43,403 nucleotides of DNA from Neoconidiobolus thromboides FSU 785 (GCA_025603075.1 MU626424.1:1-43403), one strand, 5' to 3'; shown: positions 12,264 through 24,040, counted from the first letter of the stretch. Notes: generated from the sequence alone by a model not told the origin. A program made the numbers and translations.

Positions 12264-13252
12264 TATCAAATATTTATTACTTATTAATTAATTTACCTAC
12301 TTTGCTTATATATATGCCGTCGTTTTATTAATTTTCTGATTTTAAAGGTACCCTAGCTTGTTATATTTTTAAGTGGATTTTAATAATTATAATGTTTGAT
12401 TTAATTATAAAATTTTATTATTTAATAAAATTTTAACACATAACATAATTAAACTCAGTGTTCCTCTCCTTCTTTTATTAATTTTCATGCATATAAAATT
12501 TTTATTCACTATTGATAGTACTTATAGTTAAGAATTTGAGTATTTATATTATTAGATTTATGGCGAACCTTATACCTTTTTTCCAACATTTTTATATTGT
12601 ATTTTTCTTCCTTTTATTAATACTTTGCATCTTTATCGTTGACACAAGTTGAGCTAAGGCAAACCATCAATTTTAGAGGCCAGCTGGTTTATAAAGAAAT
12701 TAAGAGCCTCTTTTTTTTCCCAGCTCATAAACTCGTATAAATGAAATAAAACACTTGATGCCTTGTGTTTCAAGATTCAAAAACTCTAAAGTTCAAAAAG
12801 TAAATTAGTTCTCAAGAGATGGCCTGTTTTTTTAAACAAGTTGGTGTTTATCAAATAACTATAAACATTTCAGTAAAAATGCTTTAAGCACAATATTTTT
12901 GTTAAAAGCTGCAAACACCCCTAAAAACCTTTTGAATATTCACATTTTTACTAATATCCTATATAGTATTAGCGTATTACTTTAGTAATATTAGTATCCC
13001 CTCGTAAATCTGCCACATGTTTTATTGTCTTTCATGAGAATCATGTATAAAATCGCCTTAACATTACCTTGGTGATTTACTGAAATATTAATTCCTATTC
13101 AAACCAATTATAGTTAAATTAAAATATTTTTCAGTAAATTTGATGGGCAAAAATATTATAAAAGACTTAAATATTTTTAACCAATGATGATTGATAAAAC
13201 GTACAAGAAAATTTTGTAAAAAATAAAAATTTAGAAAACTTTTTTAATCAAG

Positions 13253-13447
13253 ATGCAAACAGATAAAAAGGATAAAAAGAGCGAAAAGGAAAGGATAGAA
13301 GAGGAGTTAAATGAACTAAAGCCAGTACAGAAGGTCTATATTAAAAAAACATCCTCCAATCTACTTTTTTTATCCAATAAGGATGAAGTTATAGATACTT
13401 TACTAAAGAAAGAGGAGTATAAAAAAGAAATTTCCAAAAAAATTTAA
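13253..13447 (+). CDS. ASDURF-like beta-prefoldin microprotein (64 aa)
   Basis: ELNELKPVQKVYIKKTSSNLLFLSNKDE aligns without gaps to human ASDURF [28 protein letters not shown] as I recall it (12/28 identical); helix-hairpin-helix layout. Confidence 0.65.
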   Translation: MQTDKKDKKSEKERIEEELNELKPVQKVYIKKTSSNLLFLSNKDEVIDTLLKKEEYKKEISKKI

Positions 13448-13787
13448 TAAATATTTACTAGCATGTTTAGCTACTTATTTTAATAGTATTGTTTTATTAT
13501 TTGATGATTTAAACTTTTGTAATGTTTAATAAATATTGTTCATGTAGTTTACAATTTAACCTTTAATTGTGTAGAATTAGTAGATTAGAGTTAGTAAATT
13601 CGAATTTTGCATTGAAAAAGAGGAAAAAGAGGAGTTTATCACACTATAAATTTTAAGAAGCATAAATCATTTTATAAAATGATTTAAATAAAACGTGCTT
13701 CAAATAAAATTTAAGTTAAAAGCAAATAATTACTTTATTCACTTTTTACTAATATTTACTATTATTCTTAATACTCTTAATTACAAA

Positions 13788-14942
13788 ATGTTACAACTTT
13801 TGATCTTTTATTTAATAAACAGTTCGGTTTCCCGTATTGCTTATCCTCTAGAAAATGGCTACTTACCTGGGCATTACCAGTATAACCATAAGACTACTAA
13901 GCATTTCAAATATAATAATAAAATGGACTATGAATTAGTTTTTGAAGATAATTTTGAAGTGTTAGACTTGGAAAGATGGAGACATGAAATAACTATGGGT
14001 GGGGGAGGAAACTGGGAATTTCAATTTTATTATAATAACAGATCTTCATCATACATTAAAGATAATAATTTACATATAAAACCAGTCCTTACCACAGATT
14101 ATTTAGGTATAAGCGACGAAGAGCTAATAAATAATGGAAACCTTGATTTATGGGGTAATACCCCTAACTTTCAATGTACAGCCAACGCGTTTTATGGGTG
14201 TCAACGTAGTAGCAATGGTAATAACATTATTAATCCAATAATGTCCACACAATTAAGATCCCACCAATCGTTTAATTTTAAATATGGTAAAGTTGAAGTA
14301 ATGGCAAAACTACCAAAGGGCGATTGGTTGTGGCCTGCAATATGGTTATTACCAACACATCATGCTTATGGTGGTTGGCCAGCCTCTGGAGAAATTGACA
14401 TAATGGAATCACGGGGTAATGGTAAAGAGTATCCACACGGTGGCGTTGATACTGTTGCATCTACATTACATTGGGGACCAGATTGGAAAAACAATCAATA
14501 CAATTTGACAACTAAAAGTTACAAATTAAAAGATGGAACATTTAATGATAGATTTCATAAATATTCATTGGAATGGGGACCAACATATATTAGAACATAT
14601 GTCGATGACACGATTGAACTATTAAATTTGGATTTGACAAATACCTCATTTTGGGAGATGGGAAATTTTGATCAAAAGAATTTATTCAATCCTTGGAAAA
14701 ATGCACCAAACAACGCGCCGTTCGATCAAAAATATTATCTAATATTTAATTTAGCAGTAGGGGGTACAAACTCGTATTTCCCAGACGATGATAAGAAACC
14801 ATGGAAAAACTCTAGCCCAACTGCAGCAAAAGATTTCTTAGTGAACAAATCTAAATGGTATAAAACGTGGAAAGATGAGCATGGTGATGATGAACAATCC
14901 GCTTTTGTAATTGATTATGTTAAAGTTTATACATTAAAATAA
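13788..14942 (+). CDS. Secreted GH16 beta-1,3-glucanase of the beta-GRP/CCF-like subfamily
   Basis: Likely ATG at 13788 with a hydrophobic leader; GGGGNWEFQFY, KLPKGDWLWPAIWLLP, WPASGEIDIMES (intact ExDxxE), FDQKYYLIFNLAVGG, IDYVKVY. Confidence 0.9.
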   Translation: MLQLLIFYLINSSVSRIAYPLENGYLPGHYQYNHKTTKHFKYNNKMDYELVFEDNFEVLDLERWRHEITMGGGGNWEFQFYYNNRSSSYIKDNNLHIKPVLTTDYLGISDEELINNGNLDLWGNTPNFQCTANAFYGCQRSSNGNNIINPIMSTQLRSHQSFNFKYGKVEVMAKLPKGDWLWPAIWLLPTHHAYGGWPASGEIDIMESRGNGKEYPHGGVDTVASTLHWGPDWKNNQYNLTTKSYKLKDGTFNDRFHKYSLEWGPTYIRTYVDDTIELLNLDLTNTSFWEMGNFDQKNLFNPWKNAPNNAPFDQKYYLIFNLAVGGTNSYFPDDDKKPWKNSSPTAAKDFLVNKSKWYKTWKDEHGDDEQSAFVIDYVKVYTLK

Positions 14943-15532
14943 ATCAGTGAATTTTTTATTATAAATTTAATAATAGAACAATTATCCCTTGAACATTACA
15001 TTATCAGGTTTGTATTAAGAATTTATAAATAATTTTGGCTTGGCTTTTATGTTTGAGATATATTATGATTTAGTAACATTTCTCATTAAAAAATATATTC
15101 CTGCCCAAAAAATTTAAAAATATTCTAGCTTTGTAATGATTATAAGCTCTAAATAATGTGCCAAAAGATACAGAAAATATTACTTTATAATGTTTTCATT
15201 GAATTTAATCAAATTCTTTATATTTAATAACGAATGGTGTTTTAATTACTGATTACATTATACATTAAAAAAATGCAAAGTTTAAATACCTTGACTTAAA
15301 ACACCCACATTTTAAGATCAAGTAAATATTTCTGTTGGTTACAAAATATAAATGGAAACATTGCTAGCAAAGGAACACTTTTAATTATGAATTCCCCATA
15401 AACAATCAATACTCAAATACACTAAGTAACTTGGCCAATAAGAACACAACAGTAATTTCTTAGCCTTGGCATCTTAGCTTAGAAAAATAGGACTATAAAA
15501 TACTAAGAAAACGAAATCAATGGTTCTGAAAA

Positions 15533-16149
15533 ATGGATATTCATAGTTTTTCATTAAAAGCAGTACAAAATAATTTATACAACAAAGATTTAATAGACGA
15601 CAATTTACTAGAATCTTATATCAGTAATATACATTCTATTTATTTTGAGGATTTGTTTTCAAGTGATATTATTCAATTCATCTTTGATAATAGCAGTAAT
15701 AGTAATGAAAACCAAATAGTCTATTATCTATTTATGTTAATTAAAGAAGTAATGGAATACTATTCAAAAAAGGAAGACGAGATATTAAACACATGTCAGC
15801 TATTTCAAAGCATTTCCAATCCAAGTTACTATGAAGATTTGGATATTAATAAAATTGACGCTTATTGCTGCACATTTTTAGAATCTTTATTGGGATGTCA
15901 TAGGTTGCGCTTTAATAATTAAAATGTAATTCATGTAGTTATGTAGCTATTCAATGGGTCCGCCTGGTGAGGGTTTGGTTTATTGTTGAATCTCTTTATT
16001 TAATAAAATACAAAAATGTATTTATTAACTCTGATAAAAACCAAGTTTAATATTTTATCTAATGTTTATTGTTTTTTAATTAGATAAACAAAGATAAATC
16101 AAATAGAATGTTAAAGTGGGCTAAAAATAAATGGTATAACAAGATATAA
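15533..16149 (+). CDS. Orphan protein; first exon secure as ORF 15533-15922, 3' exons tentative
   Basis: 129-codon ATG ORF in very AT-rich DNA. A possible weak donor near 15896 gives ...LLG/SIQWVRLVRVWFIVESLYLIKYKN/INKDKSNRMLKWAKNKWYNKI*. No family recognised. Confidence 0.4.
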
Positions 16150-16440
16150 AATAAAACACAGATAGATATATAAATCAAACTTGGTAGATTACTTTGACTT
16201 ATTATAGAAAATCTACAGAGAGTATGTGAATAGAAAAATAGTCAAATTGATTTCAATATTATTTGACTTTTGAATTATTGATATGTTGGCTAGAATAACA
16301 AACGTTTTTCATATTGAAAATAAAGTATATTTTGATAAAATACATTTTAGTTTTAATTATTAGTTATTGAGAAATGTCATTTAATCACAAATCAATTTAT
16401 ATTAGTATAAATGAGATTATAAAATTATTTAATAGTATAT

Positions 16441-16536
16441 GGGAATGTATTTTTGTGTTTAAGAATTTTACTAACAATTTTTTTGCTTAAATAGCATTTA
16501 AAAGGTGAAAAAAATGAAGCCAAAAAAAACATCCCC
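16441..16536 (-). mobile_element. MITE copy 2 (96 bp)
   Basis: GGGAATGTATTTT...AAAACATCCCC flanked by ATAT at 16437-16440 and 16537-16540. Confidence 0.9.
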
Positions 16537-16741
16537 ATATTTTTCTCCTTAGGAATAATTTTATTAATTGGGATTTTTATAACATCACTAAAGATTAATA
16601 TCTAAAAATTGAAGATGTTAGAACATTAATTTAGTCTATAGAAGCTGTTATTCATATTTAAATTTAATATTGAATAATGAATATTAAAAATTCAAACAAA
16701 TTTTTTATTTTTTAAAAATTAGAAATAAAGTAAGATTAATT

Positions 16742-17410
16742 TTAAAACCCGCAAGTTTCTTTTGAAGTACATCTTTTTACGTATGCAATACACTCCTCGG
16801 GTGCTTTTTCTTCGATATCATCGGGATCGCCACCACAAGCTTCATAAATTTCTTTTGATGAAGTATATGCACCAGCACCAAGCTGCCTGAATTCATAAAG
16901 TAGTTTTCCCGTTTCTTTTTCTACAACGAAAGTGCCTCCTAATTGGAAACCATCCCCTTTAAGATCCCCAGAAATACCGGCTTTTTGGGCAGCTGCAATA
17001 GCAGCACGGGTTGCGCTACTCATTAAATCTTTTAATCCGGCAGATACAGGTAATTTTGGTAGATCAAGAGCTTTATGAACACTCCTTTCGTCGTCTATCA
17101 GAATTTGCCAATCCCAATAACCACCAGAAAGAAAATCGCCTAGACCAACATCTTCAAAACCAACAGCAACCAATTTAATATTAAGCTCATCAAACTCATC
17201 TTTTAATTCTGATAAAATACGAGATTCATAACGACATAATGGACAACCAAAACGACGTAAAACTTTTAATACACAAGTTTGACGTTTCCATAGATCAGAA
17301 ATAATTATCTGTCCACCTTTACTGTCTTTTACTTTAATACCTTCTAGAAATCCGGGCTTGCCCAAACTAGATTTTGGTTTTTTATTTAGTTTAAAAAAGG
17401 ATTTGACCAT
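16742..17410 (-). CDS. Peroxiredoxin-like 2A / AhpC-TSA_2 (FAM213/SelU-family) redoxin, Cys form
   Basis: LWKRQTCVLKVLRRFGCPLCRYE (CxxC), LVAVGFE, GDGFQLGGTFVV; intronless 222 aa. Confidence 0.85.
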   Translation of the reverse strand: MVKSFFKLNKKPKSSLGKPGFLEGIKVKDSKGGQIIISDLWKRQTCVLKVLRRFGCPLCRYESRILSELKDEFDELNIKLVAVGFEDVGLGDFLSGGYWDWQILIDDERSVHKALDLPKLPVSAGLKDLMSSATRAAIAAAQKAGISGDLKGDGFQLGGTFVVEKETGKLLYEFRQLGAGAYTSSKEIYEACGGDPDDIEEKAPEECIAYVKRCTSKETCGF

Positions 17411-18538
17411 TGTTTATGTAATACAGTAGAGAAGGAATTATATCAAATAACTTAAAGAAAAAATGTGTATTAAGATGATATTTATATCTTCAAAAAGTTC
17501 ATGTAAATTATTATTTTAAGACATTAATATTTATATAACTTATTAGTTTGAATTACTATTTTTTAAAATTAATTTTTAATAAAATTTACTCAGCCATTTT
17601 TACATTTAATCGAAAGCTTTATCTCTATTTTACGATTTTAAGCACCTTGATTTTAATATGATGAAGATCTTTACTAGTATAAACCCTATTTGATTATCAC
17701 GATTTGTCTCAGTTTTAACAAAAACATCAAAATCTTACACTTGTAAGCGAGAGTATCATAATAAAAACTGCTCTAATATTTCAAAAGTTGAGAGTAATAA
17801 ATAGTTGTATTATTAACTACTACTTATATTAAATAGCAAAATCAATATAATAAATTATATAATACAATTTTGGTTTAATCAGCTCTTAGATATTAATACT
17901 TTATAATTATTTACTTTATGTTTCTTACTTTTTGAAAGCTTATTAATTTGATTCTTGTAGCAGCAAATTCATAAAACTGCTATGGTTAGAAGTAGAAATA
18001 AGTTTTTAAATATATTGTTTTAAACTGATAAATAAAAATTAAATTTAAAATATTTTGATTATTTTACTCAGATTTTTATAAAATTTACTTGAGGCAATAT
18101 AATTTTAGTAAGTTTAATGTTTTTAACAAGTATACCTAAATTCTAATCTTGAACAATATTACATTTACTAAAATATTTTGTACTATAAAAATTTTAGGAA
18201 AAACTCTTTAAGATATTTCTATTTGTAAATCAAACGCTATTATTGAATGACTTTTAAAGATAGCTAAGATTGATAGCAATTAGTTTATATCTTTTCTATA
18301 AATGAGTATATTAAATAGCCATCTAACAATAATTTTATCAAAAAATTAAGTTATTTGCAACTGGAAACATTCAAATTGTCATAGTTATTCCCAAACTAAA
18401 ATATTAGTATTATTTCGGGACTATATTGTCTTAGTTCAATTTCATAATAAAATCCAATATCCTTGTTCCAGATTGAAAAGTTTGTTTTTAAAATATGTTT
18501 CGACTTTTCATGCCATTATTTATTTTAAATGATAATAT

Positions 18539-18634
18539 GGGAGTGTTTTTTTAACTTCATTATTTTTTCCATTTTAAGTGCTGTTTAAACGGAAAATTTG
18601 TTAGTAAAACTCTTAAACATTAAAATACATCCCC
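18539..18634 (+). mobile_element. MITE copy 3 (96 bp)
   Basis: GGGAGTGTTTT...AATACATCCCC flanked by ATAT at 18535-18538 and 18635-18638. Confidence 0.9.
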
Positions 18635-19099
18635 ATATTTTTATTTTTAAACTTGAACAAATGATTATTAATTTTTTTGCATTTTGAGAATGTAAATGAA
18701 ATAGTATCTTAGAAATTTAAATTTGCCACAACTGCTATAAAGATTCTATATAATCAGGATCTATACGAACAGATTTATAATAAGCACATTTTAATATAAA
18801 GTATTTTTAAAATTATAGTGAACTTTTGTTAACATTTAATTTCAAAAAAACTCATTAAACATATACCATTATATTTATTATCTTGTCATTTATATAAAAA
18901 GTTTGGTAATTTATGTAAATAGTTTGAGTTTAATATTGTTATCGATAATGGTTTGGATGTTCTTAGTAAATATTTTAAAAAGTAGAAAACTGAATAAAAC
19001 GAGGGTAAGCAACTATATTTTAATTGCTACTTTATAGCAATGATTTATATTAAAGTTGATACTGAAGGTGATTTAAAAAAATAATATAAGCCAACATAT

Positions 19100-19193
19100 G
19101 GGAATGTATTTTTGTGTTTGAGAATCTTACCAACAAATTTTCCACTCAAATAGCGCTTAAAAAGTGGAAAAAATAATGAAAAAAAACACTCCC
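19100..19193 (-). mobile_element. MITE copy 4 (94 bp)
   Basis: GGGAATGTATTTT...AAACACTCCC flanked by ATAT at 19096-19099 and 19194-19197. Confidence 0.9.
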
Positions 19194-19745
19194 ATATTAT
19201 TTCTTTAACCCAATTGATACTATACTATAAACGATACAAGAGAAAGGCAAAAGTGAGCAAAAGTAGATACCAAATTAAAAGTGTTCTGATTACTGCTGAA
19301 GCGATAGATGTTTTCATCCTAAATTAGCACACATAAATATTATACTTAATTTAAATAACTAAACACTAAAAGATTCCAGCAAAAAAACTAACAAGTTGAT
19401 AAATGTCATTAACTTAAAAAATATTAAAATAAAAACTCTAACTTATTAAATATATCCAGTCTTAAAACACTAAAAGCTTCACTTGATAATTTTTTGGTAT
19501 TTAGTATTATAACTTTTATTGATTTATTTAAATTATTGTTTTTATTATATATTTATTAAACCAAAGCTCATAAGTTTTAATTATAATATATCTTATATTC
19601 ATATTAAGTTACAACATATAGAATGTTTTTTTATTTAAGAATTTTATTAATAATGTTTCTGCTCAAATAGTGCTTGAAAGATAGAAATAGTAATGAAACT
19701 ATAAAAAACATCACCATGCTAATTCTTTGTAAACATCTATTATAT

Positions 19746-19844
19746 GGGGATGTATTTTTGTGTTTAAGAATTTTATTAACAAATTTTCCGCCCAAATAGC
19801 GCTTAAAAAATGGAAAAAATAATGAAGTTAAAAAAAACACTCCC
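19746..19844 (-). mobile_element. MITE copy 5 (99 bp)
   Basis: GGGGATGTATTTT...AAACACTCCC flanked by ATAT at 19742-19745 and 19845-19848. Confidence 0.9.
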
Positions 19845-20035
19845 ATATATTAAGAAAAGTATAGAGATTTCTCATAATCATGGTATTTGTCTAAAGTATA
19901 TTTAATCATTTTTAAATAGTTTATAAATACCAAAAACATCTAATATTGTATAGCTTAAATATATCTTAATATTTGTTTATTCATTGAACTAATTAGGAGT
20001 AGGGTTTATTAAAAAGAGGTTCATGATATTCAATA

Positions 20036-20976
20036 TTAATATTTAGTACTATTCTTGCAAATGGTATCATATGTACTAAAAATAGCTTCTCTCGCATCCA
20101 AAGCAATAAAGTAAACAGTAGGAATGTCTTTAGCCGTAAACTGGGTCGAATTTTTAGTTAACAAATTGCTAAATTTTTCTACACAAGGATGGCAAATTAG
20201 CTCCTTTAATTCTTTCTTTTTACCTTCATCTTGTGGTAAAAAATTGGTTGGATTCGTAGCGTTTAAGTTATTTATCATATTGGAGCCTTTTTCTAATATC
20301 TCGATACACCTGTTTTTAATTCCTCTTTCTTTATCCTCTTCAGCAATGGCACAGGACAATTGAGCAAATTCTTTATTGGACCAATGTTTATAAGAAGTGA
20401 ATTTAGTGGTATAATAAGTGTCATTCTTTTTCAAATCATCTTTAATAGGGTCAAGGCAAAACTTAGATATCAATTCGGATGATTTGATAGTGTTATCCAG
20501 ACATTCTTCCGAACATACTTTTTCTAATGTTGAAAAATAAAGCGAAGTGGATGAATAGCATTCTTTCAATTTTGGGATAAAGCTATCTAATACTTTGATA
20601 GATGCTTTGCATTCCACCCCTGGCTCTTGAAATACTTGAGCAAACACATTAGCACCAGGCTCAGCAGTTTTATTTCCATTTTTCTCAGCAGTATTGTTAA
20701 TATTCTTTTCACTTAAGATTTGGCTAGGGTTTAGAGAATAACTATATCCGCTTTTTGGTCGTGGGTTTATTTCCTTCCTTTCATTTTGAGTAATAACTAT
20801 TGAAAATAAAGTTAGTATTACAACTTCTAAACAATTCCAGTAAACTCACCATCTAACACTGTTTTAACTTTTACTATATAATCTTGGACTTCATTATCCA
20901 AATTAATAGTATCGTTGTATAAAACTGTACTATTTGCTAAAGAAATAACAAAAAAAGTTAACCAGAACTTCAACAT
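20036..20976 (-). CDS. Secreted Cys-rich protein of unknown function (1 intron)
   Basis: ATG at 20976, MLKFWLTFFVISLANS signal; GTGAG...TAG intron keeps the frame into ORF 20036-20647; ten spaced Cys and several N-glycosylation sequons. Confidence 0.75.
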
Positions 20977-21280
20977 TATATTAGAAATTATTAAAAATAT
21001 TAAAAAAGCTTTAAAGTTAATAATCTAATGCTAATATAACTCAAAACTTTATTAGTTCCCAACTCCAATTATGGAATCCCTTAATTTATTTTTATTACAT
21101 TTAATTTTTTTATCCTCTAACTAATTTATTGGGATAAGGTGTGAGTCTTTTTGCTTGAGATATTAATGCTAAAAATAACTGTATAGTTATAATTTAGAGG
21201 CTAAATTCATATCTGTGTTACTTTTATACACAGGAACCTCTTTTAAATCATTTTATTTATTAACTTGTAATTCAACATAT

Positions 21281-21379
21281 GGGAGTGTTTTTTTTGGCTT
21301 CATTAGTTTTTCCACCTTTTAAACACTATTTGAGCGGAAAAATTCTTAGTAAAATCCTTAAACGTAAAAAAACATCCCC
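21281..21379 (+). mobile_element. MITE copy 6 (99 bp)
   Basis: GGGAGTGTTTT...AAACATCCCC flanked by ATAT at 21277-21280 and 21380-21383. Confidence 0.9.
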
Positions 21380-22064
21380 ATATATTTTAAAAAGCTAGAC
21401 TAAAATTATAAAGTTTCCCACTTAGCTCTAGGTTAAGTGTAAGATTTATATGAAATTGTTTTTTTATTTCAATATTTTATTAATGTTTTTAAATCCTATG
21501 TTGCATAAAAAATGAACAAATGAAACCAAGACATCCAGTATATAGGTTCAAAATTAAAAAAGGGCTAATTCTCATATTTACTTGCAAAATTCAAGATAAA
21601 TTAAGATTGAAAAACTAAATCATACATAAACCAATTCAAAGATTAACAATATAACGACAATGTATAATAAATTTAATAAAGACAATATCCAAACAATTAA
21701 AATATAAATAAAGCAAATATAGAAAATAAAGATACATCATTTTAGTCCAGCAATAAGCCTCTAGTTTATAAAGAAATAGTAAATGAAATACTTATTATAT
21801 TTGATAATATCAAAACAAGATTCAACTCAAATATTATGTGATGACGACCAAAATATAATTGGAGTAACATCCATATGAATCATTGTGAGGTTTGAGCCAC
21901 AAAAAATTAAATAAGTCAAATTAAGCTTTCATCATAGAAGTAAATAATTTAGATACAAATAATTAAAAACTGGAATGAATTTCTATAGCTTAATTTTTCA
22001 TCTATAAGAAGAATTTATACATTGTCAGTGCCTAAGTTGAAAAATACTAGAATGTGTTTAATAT

Positions 22065-24040
22065 TTATTTAAAGATCTGTACTTCCAAGGTACTATCAGG
22101 AACACTAACTCCATAAAATAAAGAATTCAATTGTTTCTCCTTATCCTTAAAATCAAAATTAAAACTTCGAACTAAGTGGGCTGAAACTAGATATAAATCC
22201 ATCCAAGCAAGTCTATTGTAATTTAACTTAATACTAATTTTACATAAATAATAAACAAATTACGTTCTCCCGATACAAGCCCTAGGGCCAATTAGGAAGG
22301 GCATGAAGTGGTTATTCATTTTAAACTGATCATCTTGGATCCAGCGCTCTGGATTGAACGCTTCAGGATCTTTCCAATATTTTGGAGAATTGTGTAAGGC
22401 CATAATATTCACTCCAACAATGGTCTATTTTGTAGAAAAAAAAATGAATTGGATTATTCAGATTTGTAACATAATAAATTTACTTTTTCAGGTATAAAAT
22501 ATCCATCAATAACCCTGCCACCTCTAGGAGTTACCCTTACCACATTGCCTGAAACTACAGGTAATAACCTTAGGCTCTCATGCAATACAGCAGCTAAATA
22601 AGGGCACTCAGATTTACATTTGGCATAGGTAATATTTTCTTTGGTTGGGAATGTTTTAATCAATTCTTGCTTTAATTTTTTATAAATTTGAGGATGTTGA
22701 AGTAATGAATAGAAAGTCCTATTAACTAGTTATATTATATAGTCTATATGATTATAATCTAATTTACCAAGTTAATGAGTTGGCTGTTGTGTGTGTTCCT
22801 GCAATCCTTTATTATATATTAAAGTTAGCTTATCGTAGTTTCAAAATCATTAAATAATTACAGTTGTAGAATGGATTCTTCTATAATTTGTTTATCCATA
22901 AGCATTTCATTCGTTTCTGGATTGATGGGATCGTTGAGAGTATTTAAAATAGTTGTGGTTGCAGCTGAGTCTGAGTTTTTAATGGCTTCATTAGCAAACT
23001 AAATTGTCTATTAATACTGTAAATCTAGTGTGCTGTTGCTAAAATTACTTGATATAAATTTCTGATACTATCAAATTTGATTTTTTTCAGAAAAGGAAAC
23101 ATTGTTAACTATAACTGATATTACAACAACTTAGTATATTGTGATATAATATTTACCACAACAGTTAAACTGAATACATCTTTGATCCAATTCAAAACTA
23201 AATGACCTTCTTTTTTGATCATGTTAAAACTGTTTCCAAACGTGATAGTATAAATTACGTCCTAAGAAAATAAACAAATGATATAATAAAATAACGACTT
23301 GACTTACAAACGAAAAGCAATTAAAATAGTTAATCAAATCAAAAACATAGCCTTGCTTATAAAAAGTGGTCATCTTATTCACAAGATCATTAGCTTTTGA
23401 GTTGATGATAGGCTCAAAGGACTCAATGATTTTATCCGAAAAAAATCGTGATAGCATTTTTCTCTATGGAAGTCAATATCAGTTACTATGATAAAATATA
23501 ATAATTTACACTTACCCTTTTTTTATGAAATTCTTTGTTCCTAAACTCAATAAAGTTTAATATCATTCACTTATTCATAATGGTAGTCTGTTACCTAGTA
23601 CTAAAAATAGTTTCTCCAACCACCTGGAATGCTGAATAAAACTTAGTTTTTGGAAAATCATAAGTAGAGTAGATTTGTTTTGATGCAGCTTCTGAGTCAA
23701 AAGATACCATACTCCAACCTTTTGATGTAAAGTTGTAATTTCGATTTTTACTAAATAAATGATAACTATTTTACCTACTCGCACCACGCTACCATATTGC
23801 TTATGTAAGTTGTAAATTAATATATGTCCTTTACCAAGGATGATATGATAATATATGATAATAGGGAACAATTGGTATAATAGTGGACCGGGAAGTTTAC
23901 GCAATGGAGTAATAAATAGAGAATGGATGACCTAATAGGAATTAGTTTTTATCCATTTTTTGAGTTTTGAAAGTGTTTACGTTATATCCCCAATATAGTA
24001 ATGATGTAATCGACAGTGCTAGGAGGATATGAGTTAGCAT
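22065..24040 (-). CDS. Cytochrome P450, intron-rich
   Basis: N-terminal anchor MLTHILLALSITSLLYWGYN/VIHSLFITPLRKLPGP; I-helix IAGTHTT; ExxR (HESLR); PERW; heme motif FLIGPRACIG; stop at 22065-22067. Confidence 0.9.

Noticed and set aside
17225-17265. Selenocysteine in the SelU/FAM213-family redoxin
   Set aside because: Both active-site codons are TGT (Cys) and there is no in-frame TGA.
19631-19846. 71-aa ORF in the track
   Set aside because: It starts inside MITE copy 5 and continues through low-complexity AT DNA; no support as a gene.
1118-21379. MITE copies as a CRISPR-like or tandem array
   Set aside because: The copies are dispersed, irregularly spaced, in both orientations and each has a TSD; the context is eukaryotic.
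21838-21900. Possible C/D-box snoRNA (GTGATGA ... TTGAGCCAC)
   Set aside because: No canonical CTGA D box, only a 3-bp terminal stem, and I cannot establish a convincing rRNA guide by eye.
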